A stretch of 64,000 bases of DNA from NCBI GenBank assembly GCA_024408505.1, contig JAKSUZ010000001.1, positions 206 through 64,205 of the forward strand. The letters are read 5' to 3'. This document shows positions 28,522 to 38,071 of this stretch, one piece after another. A model generated the notes under the pieces. That model saw only the letters and a list, made by a program, of their open reading frames with translations. It had not been told where the DNA came from and ran no database searches. This DNA comes from Bacilli bacterium. Lineage in GTDB: Bacteria > Bacillota_I > Bacilli_A > RFN20 > CAG-826. A program made the translations under genes and the position numbers. How positions within the stretch are numbered: the stretch's first letter is position 1; each line of letters begins with the position of its first letter.

Positions 28522-30375
28522 ATGAAGAAGAAAACGCCAGCGACAATTTATCATATTAAAGATATTAAAGATCCGCATTTTCTTCATGAACTAAATTACG
28601 AAGAATTAGAAATTCTTGCTCGCGAAATTAAAGATGAAATTATTAAAGCGACTAGCGTAAATGGCGGGCATCTTTCTAGTAACCTAGGAGTTACTGAACT
28701 CACTATGGCCCTACATCGTAACTTCGATTTTAAAAAAGACAAATTATTATTTGATGTCGGCCACCAATGTTACGCGCACAAATTACTAACAGGAAGAGAT
28801 ATAAGTAAATTAAGAAAGAAAGGCGGCGTTAGTGGATTTATTAAAAATAATGAATCACCTTATGACATTTTTGAAGCGGGGCATTCATCTACTAGTCTAA
28901 GCGCGTCATTAGCTTATGCGATAGATCGTGACAATAAAAAAGAAAACTATGATGTAGTTACTTTAATCGGTGATGCTAGCATTGCTAATGGTGTAAGTTT
29001 TGAGGCGCTGAACAACATTCCTCATTCTAAACATAAAGTAATAATCGTTTTAAACGATAACGAGATGGCAATCTCTCAGCCGGTAGGAGGCATGAGCAAC
29101 TTCTTCCGTTTATTCCAAACATCCAAAGGATACGCTAAATTTAAAAAAGGATTTATGCGCCTTTTAGGTTTCGTTAAACCTTTATATAATTTAGCGAGCA
29201 AAATCAAAAATTCGATTAAGCGTGTATTAATTTCTACCAATATCTTTGATAGCCTTGGTTTTATTTATATTGGAGTCATTGATGGTCACGATTTTGAAGC
29301 TTTAGATAAAGCCTTTAAGAAAGCAAAGAAAACCGAAGGTAGTGTTATTATTCATGTTCGAACCGTTAAAGGAAAAGGCTATCCTTTGGCAGAAAGCGAT
29401 CACCAAGGTGATTGGCATGGAGTCACACCTTTTGATATTAGTAGTGGTAAATCTTTAAACGATCATCATGATGAAATCAGCTGGTCGCGCGTATATAGCA
29501 ATTTTGTTTTAGATCGTTTAAAAAACGATGATAAATTTTATTTAATTTGTCCAGGGACTCTAGTCGGCTCTGAGTTATGTGAGGCGATAAAACAATATCC
29601 AAACCGAGTCATTGATACAGGGATTAGCGAAGAACACGCTTTTATCTTAGCAGCGAATTTAGCGAAACTAAATTATCATGTATGCGTATCTATCTATTCA
29701 ACGTTTATGCAGAGAGGATTTGATCAAATATCGCATGACGTAGCGCGTATACACGCACCGATTACAGTCCTAGTTGATCGAAGTGGATTAGTTGGTGATG
29801 ATGGAGAAACGCATCAAGGAATTTATGATTCATCATTCTTGTTTGCTACCCCAAACATAAATATAGGCATGGCTAATAATGTAAATGAAGCTTATCAATT
29901 ATTTGATAAATCATTTAACAATAAAGAAGCAACATTTATTCGACTCCCACGCGCGTATATAAGGAAGAGAGATGTTGATAAAAATTATCAACTTAAAGAA
30001 TTTAACATAATCAAAAGCGGAGAAAAGAATGTAGCAGTAGTCGGTGTCGGTCCGCTCACCAATGAATTGCTTGAACCGTTAATCAGTTCAGATGCTTCAC
30101 TATATAGTGTTATAAAACTAAAACCGATTAGTAAATCATTAATTAATGAATTACTAGCTTATAAGAATATTGTTATATACACTCCCTATGAAACTAGCAA
30201 CGGTTTTGCTTTAAATCTATTACAAGAATTAAATCATAGTCAGTATAAAGGTAATATTTATATTAAAGCCGCTCCTTTAAAATATATTTCGCACGCAATC
30301 GTAAACGAACAATTAGAAGAATGTGGACTGTTACCTACACAAGTAGCGAAGTTTGTTCAAGAACTTAAAAAGTAG
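28522..30375 (+). CDS. dxs: 1-deoxy-D-xylulose-5-phosphate synthase (MEP pathway)
   Basis: GGHLSSNLGVTELTMALH...DVGHQCYAHKLLTGR TPP-binding N-terminus, GDASIANG, transketolase-like C-terminus. 617 aa. Confidence 0.92.
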   Translation: MKKKTPATIYHIKDIKDPHFLHELNYEELEILAREIKDEIIKATSVNGGHLSSNLGVTELTMALHRNFDFKKDKLLFDVGHQCYAHKLLTGRDISKLRKKGGVSGFIKNNESPYDIFEAGHSSTSLSASLAYAIDRDNKKENYDVVTLIGDASIANGVSFEALNNIPHSKHKVIIVLNDNEMAISQPVGGMSNFFRLFQTSKGYAKFKKGFMRLLGFVKPLYNLASKIKNSIKRVLISTNIFDSLGFIYIGVIDGHDFEALDKAFKKAKKTEGSVIIHVRTVKGKGYPLAESDHQGDWHGVTPFDISSGKSLNDHHDEISWSRVYSNFVLDRLKNDDKFYLICPGTLVGSELCEAIKQYPNRVIDTGISEEHAFILAANLAKLNYHVCVSIYSTFMQRGFDQISHDVARIHAPITVLVDRSGLVGDDGETHQGIYDSSFLFATPNINIGMANNVNEAYQLFDKSFNNKEATFIRLPRAYIRKRDVDKNYQLKEFNIIKSGEKNVAVVGVGPLTNELLEPLISSDASLYSVIKLKPISKSLINELLAYKNIVIYTPYETSNGFALNLLQELNHSQYKGNIYIKAAPLKYISHAIVNEQLEECGLLPTQVAKFVQELKK

Positions 30376-30410
30376 TGCAAATAATTTAATTTTGGTTAGC
30401 ATAATATCAT

Positions 30411-31595
30411 ATGGCGAAAGTCATCATGCATGTTGATCTAAATTGTTTTTTCGCAAGATGCGAACAAATTAAAGATCCTTCACTTATCGGTAAACCAGTT
30501 ATGATTGGTGGTTTTGGTCGTCGTGGGGTAGTTTCAACTTGTTCCTATGAAGCAAGAAAATATGGGGTTCATAGCGGAATGCCATCTTTTAAAGCTTTGG
30601 AGCTATGTCCACAAATAATTATGAAACCGGGAGATTATCATTATTACTCATTAATGAGTAAAGAGTTCTTTGCGTTCTGTCACACCTATACAAGTAAAGT
30701 AGAAGAGGCCAGTATCGATGAATGTTTCATGGATATTACTGATGTTATTAAAAATAAAGATGTTAATGTATTCTTGAAAAAGTTTCAAAAAGATTTACTT
30801 AATAAAACTAAGTTAATGTGTTCAATCGGCGTTGGCCCAACCCGCTTCTTAGCAAAGATGGGTAGCGACTATAAAAAGCCGATGGGAATTACTATTATGC
30901 GAAAGCGCGATATTAAATCAAAGATTTATCCATTAAAAGTAGAAGATTTTTATGGAATCGGAATGAGAACCACTCCGCACTTACGGGCAATGGGAATAAA
31001 CACAATTGAAGATTTAGCCATTTATATATATAAAAATAAAAACGAGGCACAGAAAACATTCGGGAAATATTATTACGATATTAAAGCATGCCTTGATGGC
31101 ACAAGCGATGATAAAGTTTATCTAGATGTAGATGATCCAAAAAGCATTGGTAATTCTATGACTCTAATGATGGATACCGATGATGAAGATGAAATCTTAA
31201 AAAGCATTCGCATTATGAGCCAAGAAGTTAGCGATCGTTTAAAGTCAGCTAAAATGAAAGGCAAAACTATTCAGTTGGTGTTAAAAGATACCGATTTTAA
31301 GGTTTACCTTAAATCGCACACTATTGATAAAGCGATTAATGATGTAAGTGATATTTATCAAAATGCCGTAAGTTTATATCATAAATATTTTAAGAATTTA
31401 ACCGTTAGGTTAGTGGGGGTTACTTTGTCTAACTTAGTGCCGTTACACGAAGAAAATGTTCAACTTTCATTATTTGAAGAAGCGCCTGAAGATAAAATCA
31501 ACGATGTAATTAATCAAGTTAATCGTAAGTTTAAAAAGACGGTAGTGGGGAAGGCTTCAACAATTTTAAAGGATAAAAAATATGCGCATAAGTGA
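30411..31595 (+). CDS. dinB: DNA polymerase IV (Y-family)
   Basis: IMHVDLNCFFARCE...SIDECFMDIT catalytic motifs. 394 aa. Confidence 0.9.
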   Translation: MAKVIMHVDLNCFFARCEQIKDPSLIGKPVMIGGFGRRGVVSTCSYEARKYGVHSGMPSFKALELCPQIIMKPGDYHYYSLMSKEFFAFCHTYTSKVEEASIDECFMDITDVIKNKDVNVFLKKFQKDLLNKTKLMCSIGVGPTRFLAKMGSDYKKPMGITIMRKRDIKSKIYPLKVEDFYGIGMRTTPHLRAMGINTIEDLAIYIYKNKNEAQKTFGKYYYDIKACLDGTSDDKVYLDVDDPKSIGNSMTLMMDTDDEDEILKSIRIMSQEVSDRLKSAKMKGKTIQLVLKDTDFKVYLKSHTIDKAINDVSDIYQNAVSLYHKYFKNLTVRLVGVTLSNLVPLHEENVQLSLFEEAPEDKINDVINQVNRKFKKTVVGKASTILKDKKYAHK

Positions 31596-32463
31596 TGCAA
31601 TCGAAAAATTCGCTCAACATTTATATGTTGAAAAAGGATTAAGCAAACAATCTATTGCTTCTTATGATAGCGATCTTAAACAATTCTTCTTATTATATAA
31701 GGATAAAGAAGATACGAACGATTTATATCCAACTGATCTAAGAGATTTTTTGAGTGTAGAATTAAATAAAGGTCATTCGCCATCAACTGCATTAAGAAGA
31801 TTATCAGCATGTCGAGCATTTTATCATTTTCTTATCCAAGAAAAGATAATTGATATTACTTTAGATAAAGTATATGCGCCTAAACCAATCAAACATTTGC
31901 CGTCGGTTTTAACACTAGAAGAAGTAGAAGCGTTACTAGAGGCGCCTAATGTTAAAAAAGAGGATGAATATCGTGACAAAGCCATGCTTGAATTGATGTA
32001 TTCTTCTGGTCTTCGAGTAAGCGAATTAACTAATCTAGAAGTTAGGAATATTAACTTTTCTAAAAGTTATATATCAATAAAAGGCAAAGGAAGCAAACAA
32101 CGAAATGTACCGGTTGGAGAATTCGCGCTCGAGTGGGTGTCTAATTATATCAATGATATAAGATGTTTAAATTCAGGAGCTAAAACTAAATATCTATTTT
32201 TAAATCGTTACGGAAAACCTTTATCAAGGCAATTTTTCTTTAAAAGAATTAAAGAATATGCGGTTAGAGTAGGAATAAACTCACATGTTTCTCCTCACAT
32301 TCTTCGTCATAGCTTTGCTACCCATATGTTAGAAAACGGAGCTGAGTTAATTGCGGTTCAAGAAATGCTTGGGCACACAAATCTATCAACTACCCAGATT
32401 TATACTCATGTTTCAACTAGACGTATAAAAGATGCATATGATTTATATATTAAAAACAAATGA
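31582..32463 (+). CDS. xerD: Tyrosine site-specific recombinase XerD/XerC-type
   Basis: Core-binding N-terminus. Catalytic R...HxxR...Y (GLRVSELTNL, HILRHSFATHML, TQIYTHV). 293 aa in a housekeeping context (no phage genes nearby). Confidence 0.82.
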   Translation: MRISDAIEKFAQHLYVEKGLSKQSIASYDSDLKQFFLLYKDKEDTNDLYPTDLRDFLSVELNKGHSPSTALRRLSACRAFYHFLIQEKIIDITLDKVYAPKPIKHLPSVLTLEEVEALLEAPNVKKEDEYRDKAMLELMYSSGLRVSELTNLEVRNINFSKSYISIKGKGSKQRNVPVGEFALEWVSNYINDIRCLNSGAKTKYLFLNRYGKPLSRQFFFKRIKEYAVRVGINSHVSPHILRHSFATHMLENGAELIAVQEMLGHTNLSTTQIYTHVSTRRIKDAYDLYIKNK

Positions 32464-32479
32464 TTTATAATATAAAAGT

Positions 32480-33667
32480 ATGAAATATAAGCGCATATTT
32501 GTGATTGTAATGGATTCGCTTGGCGTAGGTGAAATGACTGATGCTGCTGTTTTTCATGATCAAGGAAGTAACACTTTAAAACATATTATTGAAAAGGCGG
32601 GTCCGATTAACGCTCCGACTTTAGAAAAATTAGGCATTGGTGATTTTGTTGATATCGGTTTTAAAAAAGTTAATCATCCTAATTCATTTACTTGTGTTTT
32701 AAAAGAGACGAGCAAGGGTAAAGATACGATGACTGGTCATTGGGAAATGATGGGTATAAATACTACTAAACCATTTCAAACTTTTACCGACACCGGATTC
32801 CCACAATCTTTAGTAGATGAATTAAGTAAAAAAACAGGATATAAATTTATTGGCAATTACGCCAGTAGTGGAACAAAAATTTTAGAGGTATTAGGCGAGC
32901 AACATATGAGAGATAAATCTCTCATACTATATACAAGTAGCGACTCAGTTCTTCAGATTGCCGCGCATGAAGAAATTGTACCAGTAAAAGAGCTTTATCG
33001 AATATGCGAAATTGCTCGTGAAATTTGTATGAAACCTGACTACTTTGTTGGTCGTATTATCGCGCGTCCTTTTGTTGGTAAAGACAAGCATAATTTTAAA
33101 CGGGTAACTGCTGATCGACATGATATTGCAGTTAGTCCTTCTGGAATCACCGCTTTAGATATTCTAAAAGAGAATAAAATCTTAACTTTAGGAGTAGGGA
33201 AAATCGGCGATATTTTTAATCAACAAGGTATCACTAAATCAATCAAAAGTAAAAACAACGAAGATGGAATGAATATTACTATTAATGAATTAAAGATTAA
33301 TCCATGTAATGGATTATATTTTGTAAATTTAGTCGAATTTGATAGTGAATACGGTCACCGTAGAAATGCGCCTGGGTATAAAAAATGTATCGAAGATTTT
33401 GATAAACAATTAAATATTTTTGTTAATAATATGAAAGATGATGATTTATTAATTTTAACTGCTGATCATGGTAATGATCCAACAATGCCAGGAAGCGATC
33501 ATACACGTGAGACGGTTCCGTTCATAGCTTTCTCACCTTTAATTAATGATGGTAGAAATTTAATGACTCGTGAAAGTTTCGCTGACATTGGTGCTAGTGT
33601 TCTTTATAATTTCAAATTAAATAAAAAACCAACTATGTTAGGAAACTATATTAAAGAATTGTTTTAA
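32480..33667 (+). CDS. deoB: Phosphopentomutase
   Basis: IFVIVMDSLGVGEM...DHGNDPT metal-binding motifs. 395 aa. Confidence 0.92.
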   Translation: MKYKRIFVIVMDSLGVGEMTDAAVFHDQGSNTLKHIIEKAGPINAPTLEKLGIGDFVDIGFKKVNHPNSFTCVLKETSKGKDTMTGHWEMMGINTTKPFQTFTDTGFPQSLVDELSKKTGYKFIGNYASSGTKILEVLGEQHMRDKSLILYTSSDSVLQIAAHEEIVPVKELYRICEIAREICMKPDYFVGRIIARPFVGKDKHNFKRVTADRHDIAVSPSGITALDILKENKILTLGVGKIGDIFNQQGITKSIKSKNNEDGMNITINELKINPCNGLYFVNLVEFDSEYGHRRNAPGYKKCIEDFDKQLNIFVNNMKDDDLLILTADHGNDPTMPGSDHTRETVPFIAFSPLINDGRNLMTRESFADIGASVLYNFKLNKKPTMLGNYIKELF

Positions 33668-33967
33668 TGAAACACAAAAAGTCTAATCCCCTTATATATA
33701 ATGTACGCGTGTACGCGCGTAACATTATTTATTCGCGCGAGCGCGTAGAGATAAATCCAATAATCCTTTTTTCTATTAGTAAACTAATAGGCAAATTTTT
33801 TGCCAATTTAAAGATAATTTTTAACCACCTAAGGATAGTTGTACGTCGTATCTCCAGGTCTAAAAAAATTATGGCAATGGTGGGGGAGGTTAGTTAATTT
33901 TACAAAATTTGAAATTTTGTTGCTTTTAACAAAAAAATTAAATTTTTGAAAAAATGAGGAGAAAAGT

Positions 33968-34702
33968 ATGAAAAAAGAAGAAATTGAAAAATTAAGAAAA
34001 TTAATCAAAGAGGCAAAACGAATTGTCTTTTTGACCGGAGCCGGAATTTCTCGTCCAAGTGGAATTCCTGATATTCGGGGTAATGATGGTTTAAGTAAAA
34101 GAGAAGCCAATAATAAAAAATACGGAGCAACTTATGAAGAAATTGTTTCGCACGAATATTTTATGTATGAAACTGAAAAATTTTATAAATATTATTTTAA
34201 CGAGATGATTTTTAAAGATGCAAAACCAAATGTGGCTCATAAGGCATTGGCTAGATTAAATGACAAAGCGGTGGTGGTCACTCAGAACATTGATGGACTA
34301 CATACAATTGGCGGGTCAAAAGACGTCATCGAAATTCATGGTTCTGTGAATAAAAATCGATGCCTAAATTGCCATGCTTTTTATGACCTAAAAGATATGC
34401 TAAAATTAGCCCCCTTTCCGAAGTGCCTAAAATGTGGTGGAATTATTAAGCCAGAAGTGGTGCTATTTAATGAGTCTCTAAATGAGGAAGATTTAAGTAG
34501 GGCAGTCAATGAGATTTCTAAGGCTGATTTGTTGATCTGCATCGGAACCAGTTTGGTGGTCAATCCAGCCGCCTCTTTACCATACTATTTTCTAGGGCGG
34601 AACATGATTATCATAAATAAGGACCCAACACCCTTAGATTCTAGAGCCTCAATAGTCATCAGAGAAGACGTAGCTTCTTTCATAGACCAAGTGATCGACT
34701 AA
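33968..34702 (+). CDS. cobB: NAD-dependent protein deacetylase (sirtuin, CobB/SrtN)
   Basis: GAGISRPSGIPDIRG, QNIDGLH, Zn ribbon CLNCH...CLKCGG. 244 aa. SD GAGGAG upstream. Confidence 0.9.
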   Translation: MKKEEIEKLRKLIKEAKRIVFLTGAGISRPSGIPDIRGNDGLSKREANNKKYGATYEEIVSHEYFMYETEKFYKYYFNEMIFKDAKPNVAHKALARLNDKAVVVTQNIDGLHTIGGSKDVIEIHGSVNKNRCLNCHAFYDLKDMLKLAPFPKCLKCGGIIKPEVVLFNESLNEEDLSRAVNEISKADLLICIGTSLVVNPAASLPYYFLGRNMIIINKDPTPLDSRASIVIREDVASFIDQVID

Positions 34703-35222
34703 AATACAAATTAGTAGTTTTTTGGTAAATACTAAACAATACCTAACTATGTGGAAAACTGGGTTTTTTGACCTAAAAAGCGCAAAATCATAAATTGTGG
34801 ATAAGTTGGTTTTTATTCGATAAATACTTATTTTTATATTAGAAAGTTAACATAATATACCTTATGCGAAGTTAATGATTTTTTCACCAAGTGACTTTTC
34901 TTGTAGTTAACCCATCCCTACCACTATTACTACTAATTTAATCGGTTGGACATATACCTGTCAAGCCTTCCACTACCCCCGCCACCGCTACTATAAGATC
35001 CTATGGTATGAACCTACCAATTTAGTATATCTTTCCCCTACTTTTTTAATCACTGAAAATATCTATATAAATCTATAGACGTTTTCGACTCAATATTTAT
35101 TAAAAAAAGTGGTAACTAAAAAACTACTAATTTTCCAGTATAATCTGACCCGCTTTTTTATCAATAATTTTTGGTATAAATTTATATTATTTTTTGGTAG
35201 GGATTTTTACCCTAAATTTCCC

Positions 35223-35549
35223 TTACTTTTTTCGGGTTAAAATTTGGGTTAAATTAAAGCGCTCTCTTTCGCTTTTAGAAAAGACATTGATAATGACTTG
35301 ATATGCATCGATTAAAACCCATCCACTTTTTGCCTTACCTTCAATGTGGTTCAATTTAACTTTATTTAATTCAAGCTCCCCCACTACTGCATCTTTAATC
35401 GCATCAATTTGACGTGGGTTATTCGCTGAACAGATAACATAGTAGTTAGTAAAAGGCGTTAAGGCTTTAACATCAATTATTTCTACTTTCTCGCCTTTTT
35501 TATCAAGAATCACTTTCTTAATTACTTTCAGTAAATCTTTTTCGCTCAT
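35223..35549 (-). CDS. rsfS: Ribosome silencing factor RsfS (Iojap)
   Basis: MSEKDLLKVIKKVILDKKGEKVEIIDV... matches the RsfS family. ATGA overlap with the nadD-yqeK stop. The upstream ATG at 35579 in the track is judged an extension. Confidence 0.85.
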   Translation of the reverse strand: MSEKDLLKVIKKVILDKKGEKVEIIDVKALTPFTNYYVICSANNPRQIDAIKDAVVGELELNKVKLNHIEGKAKSGWVLIDAYQVIINVFSKSERERFNLTQILTRKK

Positions 35550-36652
35550 TACTTTTCTCCTAAATATAGTTCCATGCATGATTTAGTTAAAGGATTATCA
35601 AAACTTAGACCATTCTTAATTAAATGTTTTCTATTTTCGCTAAGCACAAGTTGGAAACCGCTATAATAATCCTTATAACACGCGCGTATAAGTTTTTTAG
35701 AATCGTATCCACGGAGTGGATCAACTTTATCGGCTGCATAAACAATCTTACTTATCGGTGTCATATTCATTTTTCCGGTCGCATGGAACTTAATCGCGTC
35801 TAAAATCGATTCATTATTAATATTAAGTTCGGTTTTTGCTAGATACGCTCCAACAAATTGATGATAGAGTGTAGGCGGAAGCATAGTTAAATATTCTTTA
35901 TAATATTTATTCATAATTTCTTTTTGCTTAATATCATTTACTTTTTTACCTAAATCATGAAGCAATCCTGCGATATAGCAATCGTTTGTATCGCTGCGAT
36001 GATTATTCTTTGCGATTGCATAAGCTACATTAGCAACGCTTAGCGCGTGTTTAAATCTTTCGGGCGAATAGCGTTCTTTAATATTTTTTATATAATAAAG
36101 TTCGTGTTCTGCTATATAATCTAATATTTCTTTTGGAGTATCTAGTTCGGTTAAAGCACGAATAGCTTTACTTGAAATGGTTCCACTACCTTCATAGGAT
36201 AAAGGAGTCATATTATATTTTTTAATATTTTCTTCTTTAACAATGACGCCCGGACGTTCTACATAAATAATATGTGCTAGGCGCGCGAGCTCTTCCGCGT
36301 CTTTCCAATCATGAAATGATTCAACTTGATCCGCGCCAATTAGCAAACAGATTTCACGATCTTTAAATTTATTGACAAAATGTTTTACCGTATCAATTGT
36401 GTAATTTGTGTCAGCTTTACTTTTAATTTCGTAGTCAGAAATATATACGCTACCGGTACCCTCTTTTTTTAAAGCTATGCGAAGCATATTATGACGATCA
36501 GTAATACTAGCGTGCGGTTTTTTCCATCTTGGATTTTTAGCTGGAACAAAAACAACATCCGCATTTAATTTTAAAGAAGCATAACGCGCAATTCGTAAGT
36601 GCCCGTTATGAACAGGATCAAAGGTTCCGCCAAATAAGATAACTTTTTCCAT
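35549..36652 (-). CDS. nadD: Fused nicotinate-nucleotide adenylyltransferase (NadD) and YqeK HD-domain phosphohydrolase
   Basis: N-terminal ILFGGTFDPVHNGH (NadD HxGH motif). C-terminal HALSVANVAYAIA...LLHDLGK (HD domain as in YqeK). In Bacillus these are two adjacent genes; here a single 367-aa ORF. Confidence 0.85.
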   Translation of the reverse strand: MEKVILFGGTFDPVHNGHLRIARYASLKLNADVVFVPAKNPRWKKPHASITDRHNMLRIALKKEGTGSVYISDYEIKSKADTNYTIDTVKHFVNKFKDREICLLIGADQVESFHDWKDAEELARLAHIIYVERPGVIVKEENIKKYNMTPLSYEGSGTISSKAIRALTELDTPKEILDYIAEHELYYIKNIKERYSPERFKHALSVANVAYAIAKNNHRSDTNDCYIAGLLHDLGKKVNDIKQKEIMNKYYKEYLTMLPPTLYHQFVGAYLAKTELNINNESILDAIKFHATGKMNMTPISKIVYAADKVDPLRGYDSKKLIRACYKDYYSGFQLVLSENRKHLIKNGLSFDNPLTKSCMELYLGEK

Positions 36653-36654
36653 AT

Positions 36655-36945
36655 TTACAATATAATCCGATCTTTTTTCTCTTTGTTTTCTTTATATAAC
36701 ACAATTGAATGGCCAATGCTTGTTACTAAATTAGCATCCGTCTTCTTAACTATTTCTTCAGTTAATTTATCCATTTCGGGTGCGATACTTTTATTAAAGT
36801 ATATTTTTATTAATTCGTGCGCTTTTAAAGCGTTAACTAGTAAAGTGATGACATCGCTATCGATTTTATCTTTACCAATTTGATATTTATGTTTACTGGT
36901 ATTAGCTAAAGCTTTAAGCTTTTTCTTTTCTTTGTTTGATAACAT
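36655..36945 (-). CDS. yhbY: YhbY/CRS1 (CRM-domain) RNA-binding protein
   Basis: MLSNKEKKKLKALANTSKHKYQIGKDKIDSDVITLLVNALKAHELIKI... is CRM-domain-like. The start at the internal ATG (36945) is preferred over 37020, which would overlap yqeH by about 100 nt. Confidence 0.75.
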   Translation of the reverse strand: MLSNKEKKKLKALANTSKHKYQIGKDKIDSDVITLLVNALKAHELIKIYFNKSIAPEMDKLTEEIVKKTDANLVTSIGHSIVLYKENKEKKDRIIL

Positions 36946-38071
36946 GAGGTATTTTCGCACGGCATGAATACACGCCGACGCCTTTTGGAACACTAACACG
37001 AATTGTTTGGTTATCACCAAAGAAGGAAATCCAACCTAAACCTTGGATACCGATATCTCTACCTTCGTGTTCTAAAATATTAATTTCGTAAGTATTAAAA
37101 TCTGCTAATGTTTTTAAACGTTCACTAGTAGGATTTAATCTTTGTTTTCTAATTGCTTTCTCGAATATGTAATCAGTTCTTCGAGTAGAGATTCTCTTCA
37201 CATCAATTTTGCGAGAGAAATAAGCATATACTTCGGTAGTTTTTCCTTTTAGGAAATCAAAACGAGCAATGCCTCCGATAAATAATGATACTTCTGGCCA
37301 CATCTTGTAGCTTGCTTCTTTGATTTCTCTTTGCGGAGTTACTACTTTATATAATTCTTTCTCTAAGTGTTCGGTAATTGAGTTAGCGATTGCCAAGCCG
37401 CCAGTGTCATAAAGAGTAGAACTCTTATCAAGCGGAATTTGTAGAACACTAAGCGAAGTTCCTGGATACTCCATTGTCTTAATTGGGCGATTCGAAGTAT
37501 TACGATAATTTCTTAAAATCGAATTAATTAAATGAGTCTTACCTGCACCATCACCGCCGATTAAATAAACATCGTGGCCACGACGAAGCTCATTAATACG
37601 CACGATTATCTCTTTGATATTTAAATTACTAGCAGAGCTAGTAAGAATAATATCTTGGACTTTAATCTTTTCCATTCTCATACGGTGCGCAACGTCTTCT
37701 TTTAAGTCGGCGTCTTTCGCATCTTTTGGTAGTAAATCACGCTTAGTAGCAATGACTAAAACTTTCCGCCCCACTAACTTTTTAGTAATTTCAGGTGAGA
37801 AGGCTGCTTCAAACGAGAATAAATCAATAACATATACAATTAACGCATCGGTTGCATGAGCATCAGCAAGAATCGTTTTAAAAGCATCAGTAACTACTAC
37901 TTTATTTGGAACTAAGTCGTAAGTTTCTTTTTTAAAGCATTTATCACAAAACATGACGCCAGCGTCATTTTCAAAAATTTCCTTTCTGATGTAACCCTCT
38001 TTTTTAGGATCTTCATCCTGAAGGATAGCGCCACAGCTATAACATTTACGAATAATGTTTAGTTTGCTCAT
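36914..38071 (-). CDS. yqeH: Ribosome-biogenesis GTPase YqeH (circularly permuted GTPase with N-terminal zinc ribbon)
   Basis: CYSCGAIL...CDKCF zinc ribbon. Permuted G motifs (ATKRDLL then GGDGAGKTHLIN). ATGA overlap with the yqeG stop. Confidence 0.85.
   Translation of the reverse strand: MSKLNIIRKCYSCGAILQDEDPKKEGYIRKEIFENDAGVMFCDKCFKKETYDLVPNKVVVTDAFKTILADAHATDALIVYVIDLFSFEAAFSPEITKKLVGRKVLVIATKRDLLPKDAKDADLKEDVAHRMRMEKIKVQDIILTSSASNLNIKEIIVRINELRRGHDVYLIGGDGAGKTHLINSILRNYRNTSNRPIKTMEYPGTSLSVLQIPLDKSSTLYDTGGLAIANSITEHLEKELYKVVTPQREIKEASYKMWPEVSLFIGGIARFDFLKGKTTEVYAYFSRKIDVKRISTRRTDYIFEKAIRKQRLNPTSERLKTLADFNTYEINILEHEGRDIGIQGLGWISFFGDNQTIRVSVPKGVGVYSCRAKIPHVIKQRKEKA

Noticed and set aside
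31582-32463. Phage or ICE integrase marking a mobile element
   Set aside because: The neighbours are dinB and deoB (housekeeping), and there are no att-like repeats, phage genes or tRNA adjacency. The product is consistent with chromosomal XerD/XerC.
33700-33728. dif (XerCD) site
   Set aside because: The dyad has an 11+6+11 geometry, but the conserved ATAA/TTAT inner arm ends of dif are absent. The TAATGT similarity sits at the outer ends instead.
33667-33897. 76-aa ORF starting at the deoB stop (TAATG)
   Set aside because: It spans the GC-palindrome spacer, has an Arg/Ile-rich composition with no family, and was judged a non-coding spacer product. The palindromes are reported separately.
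34794-34802. Perfect DnaA box (TTATCCACA, reverse complement) suggesting an origin
   Set aside because: It is a single box with no cluster, no AT-rich DUE pattern, and no dnaA/dnaN nearby. It is kept only as a detail in the spacer finding.
34703-35222. Possibility that the spacer encodes RNase P RNA, tmRNA or SRP RNA
   Set aside because: No AGGAAAGTCC (P4) motif, no tRNA-like GGTTCGA...CCA 3' end, no tag-peptide ORF, and no SRP domain IV GGAA/AGCAG motif on either strand.
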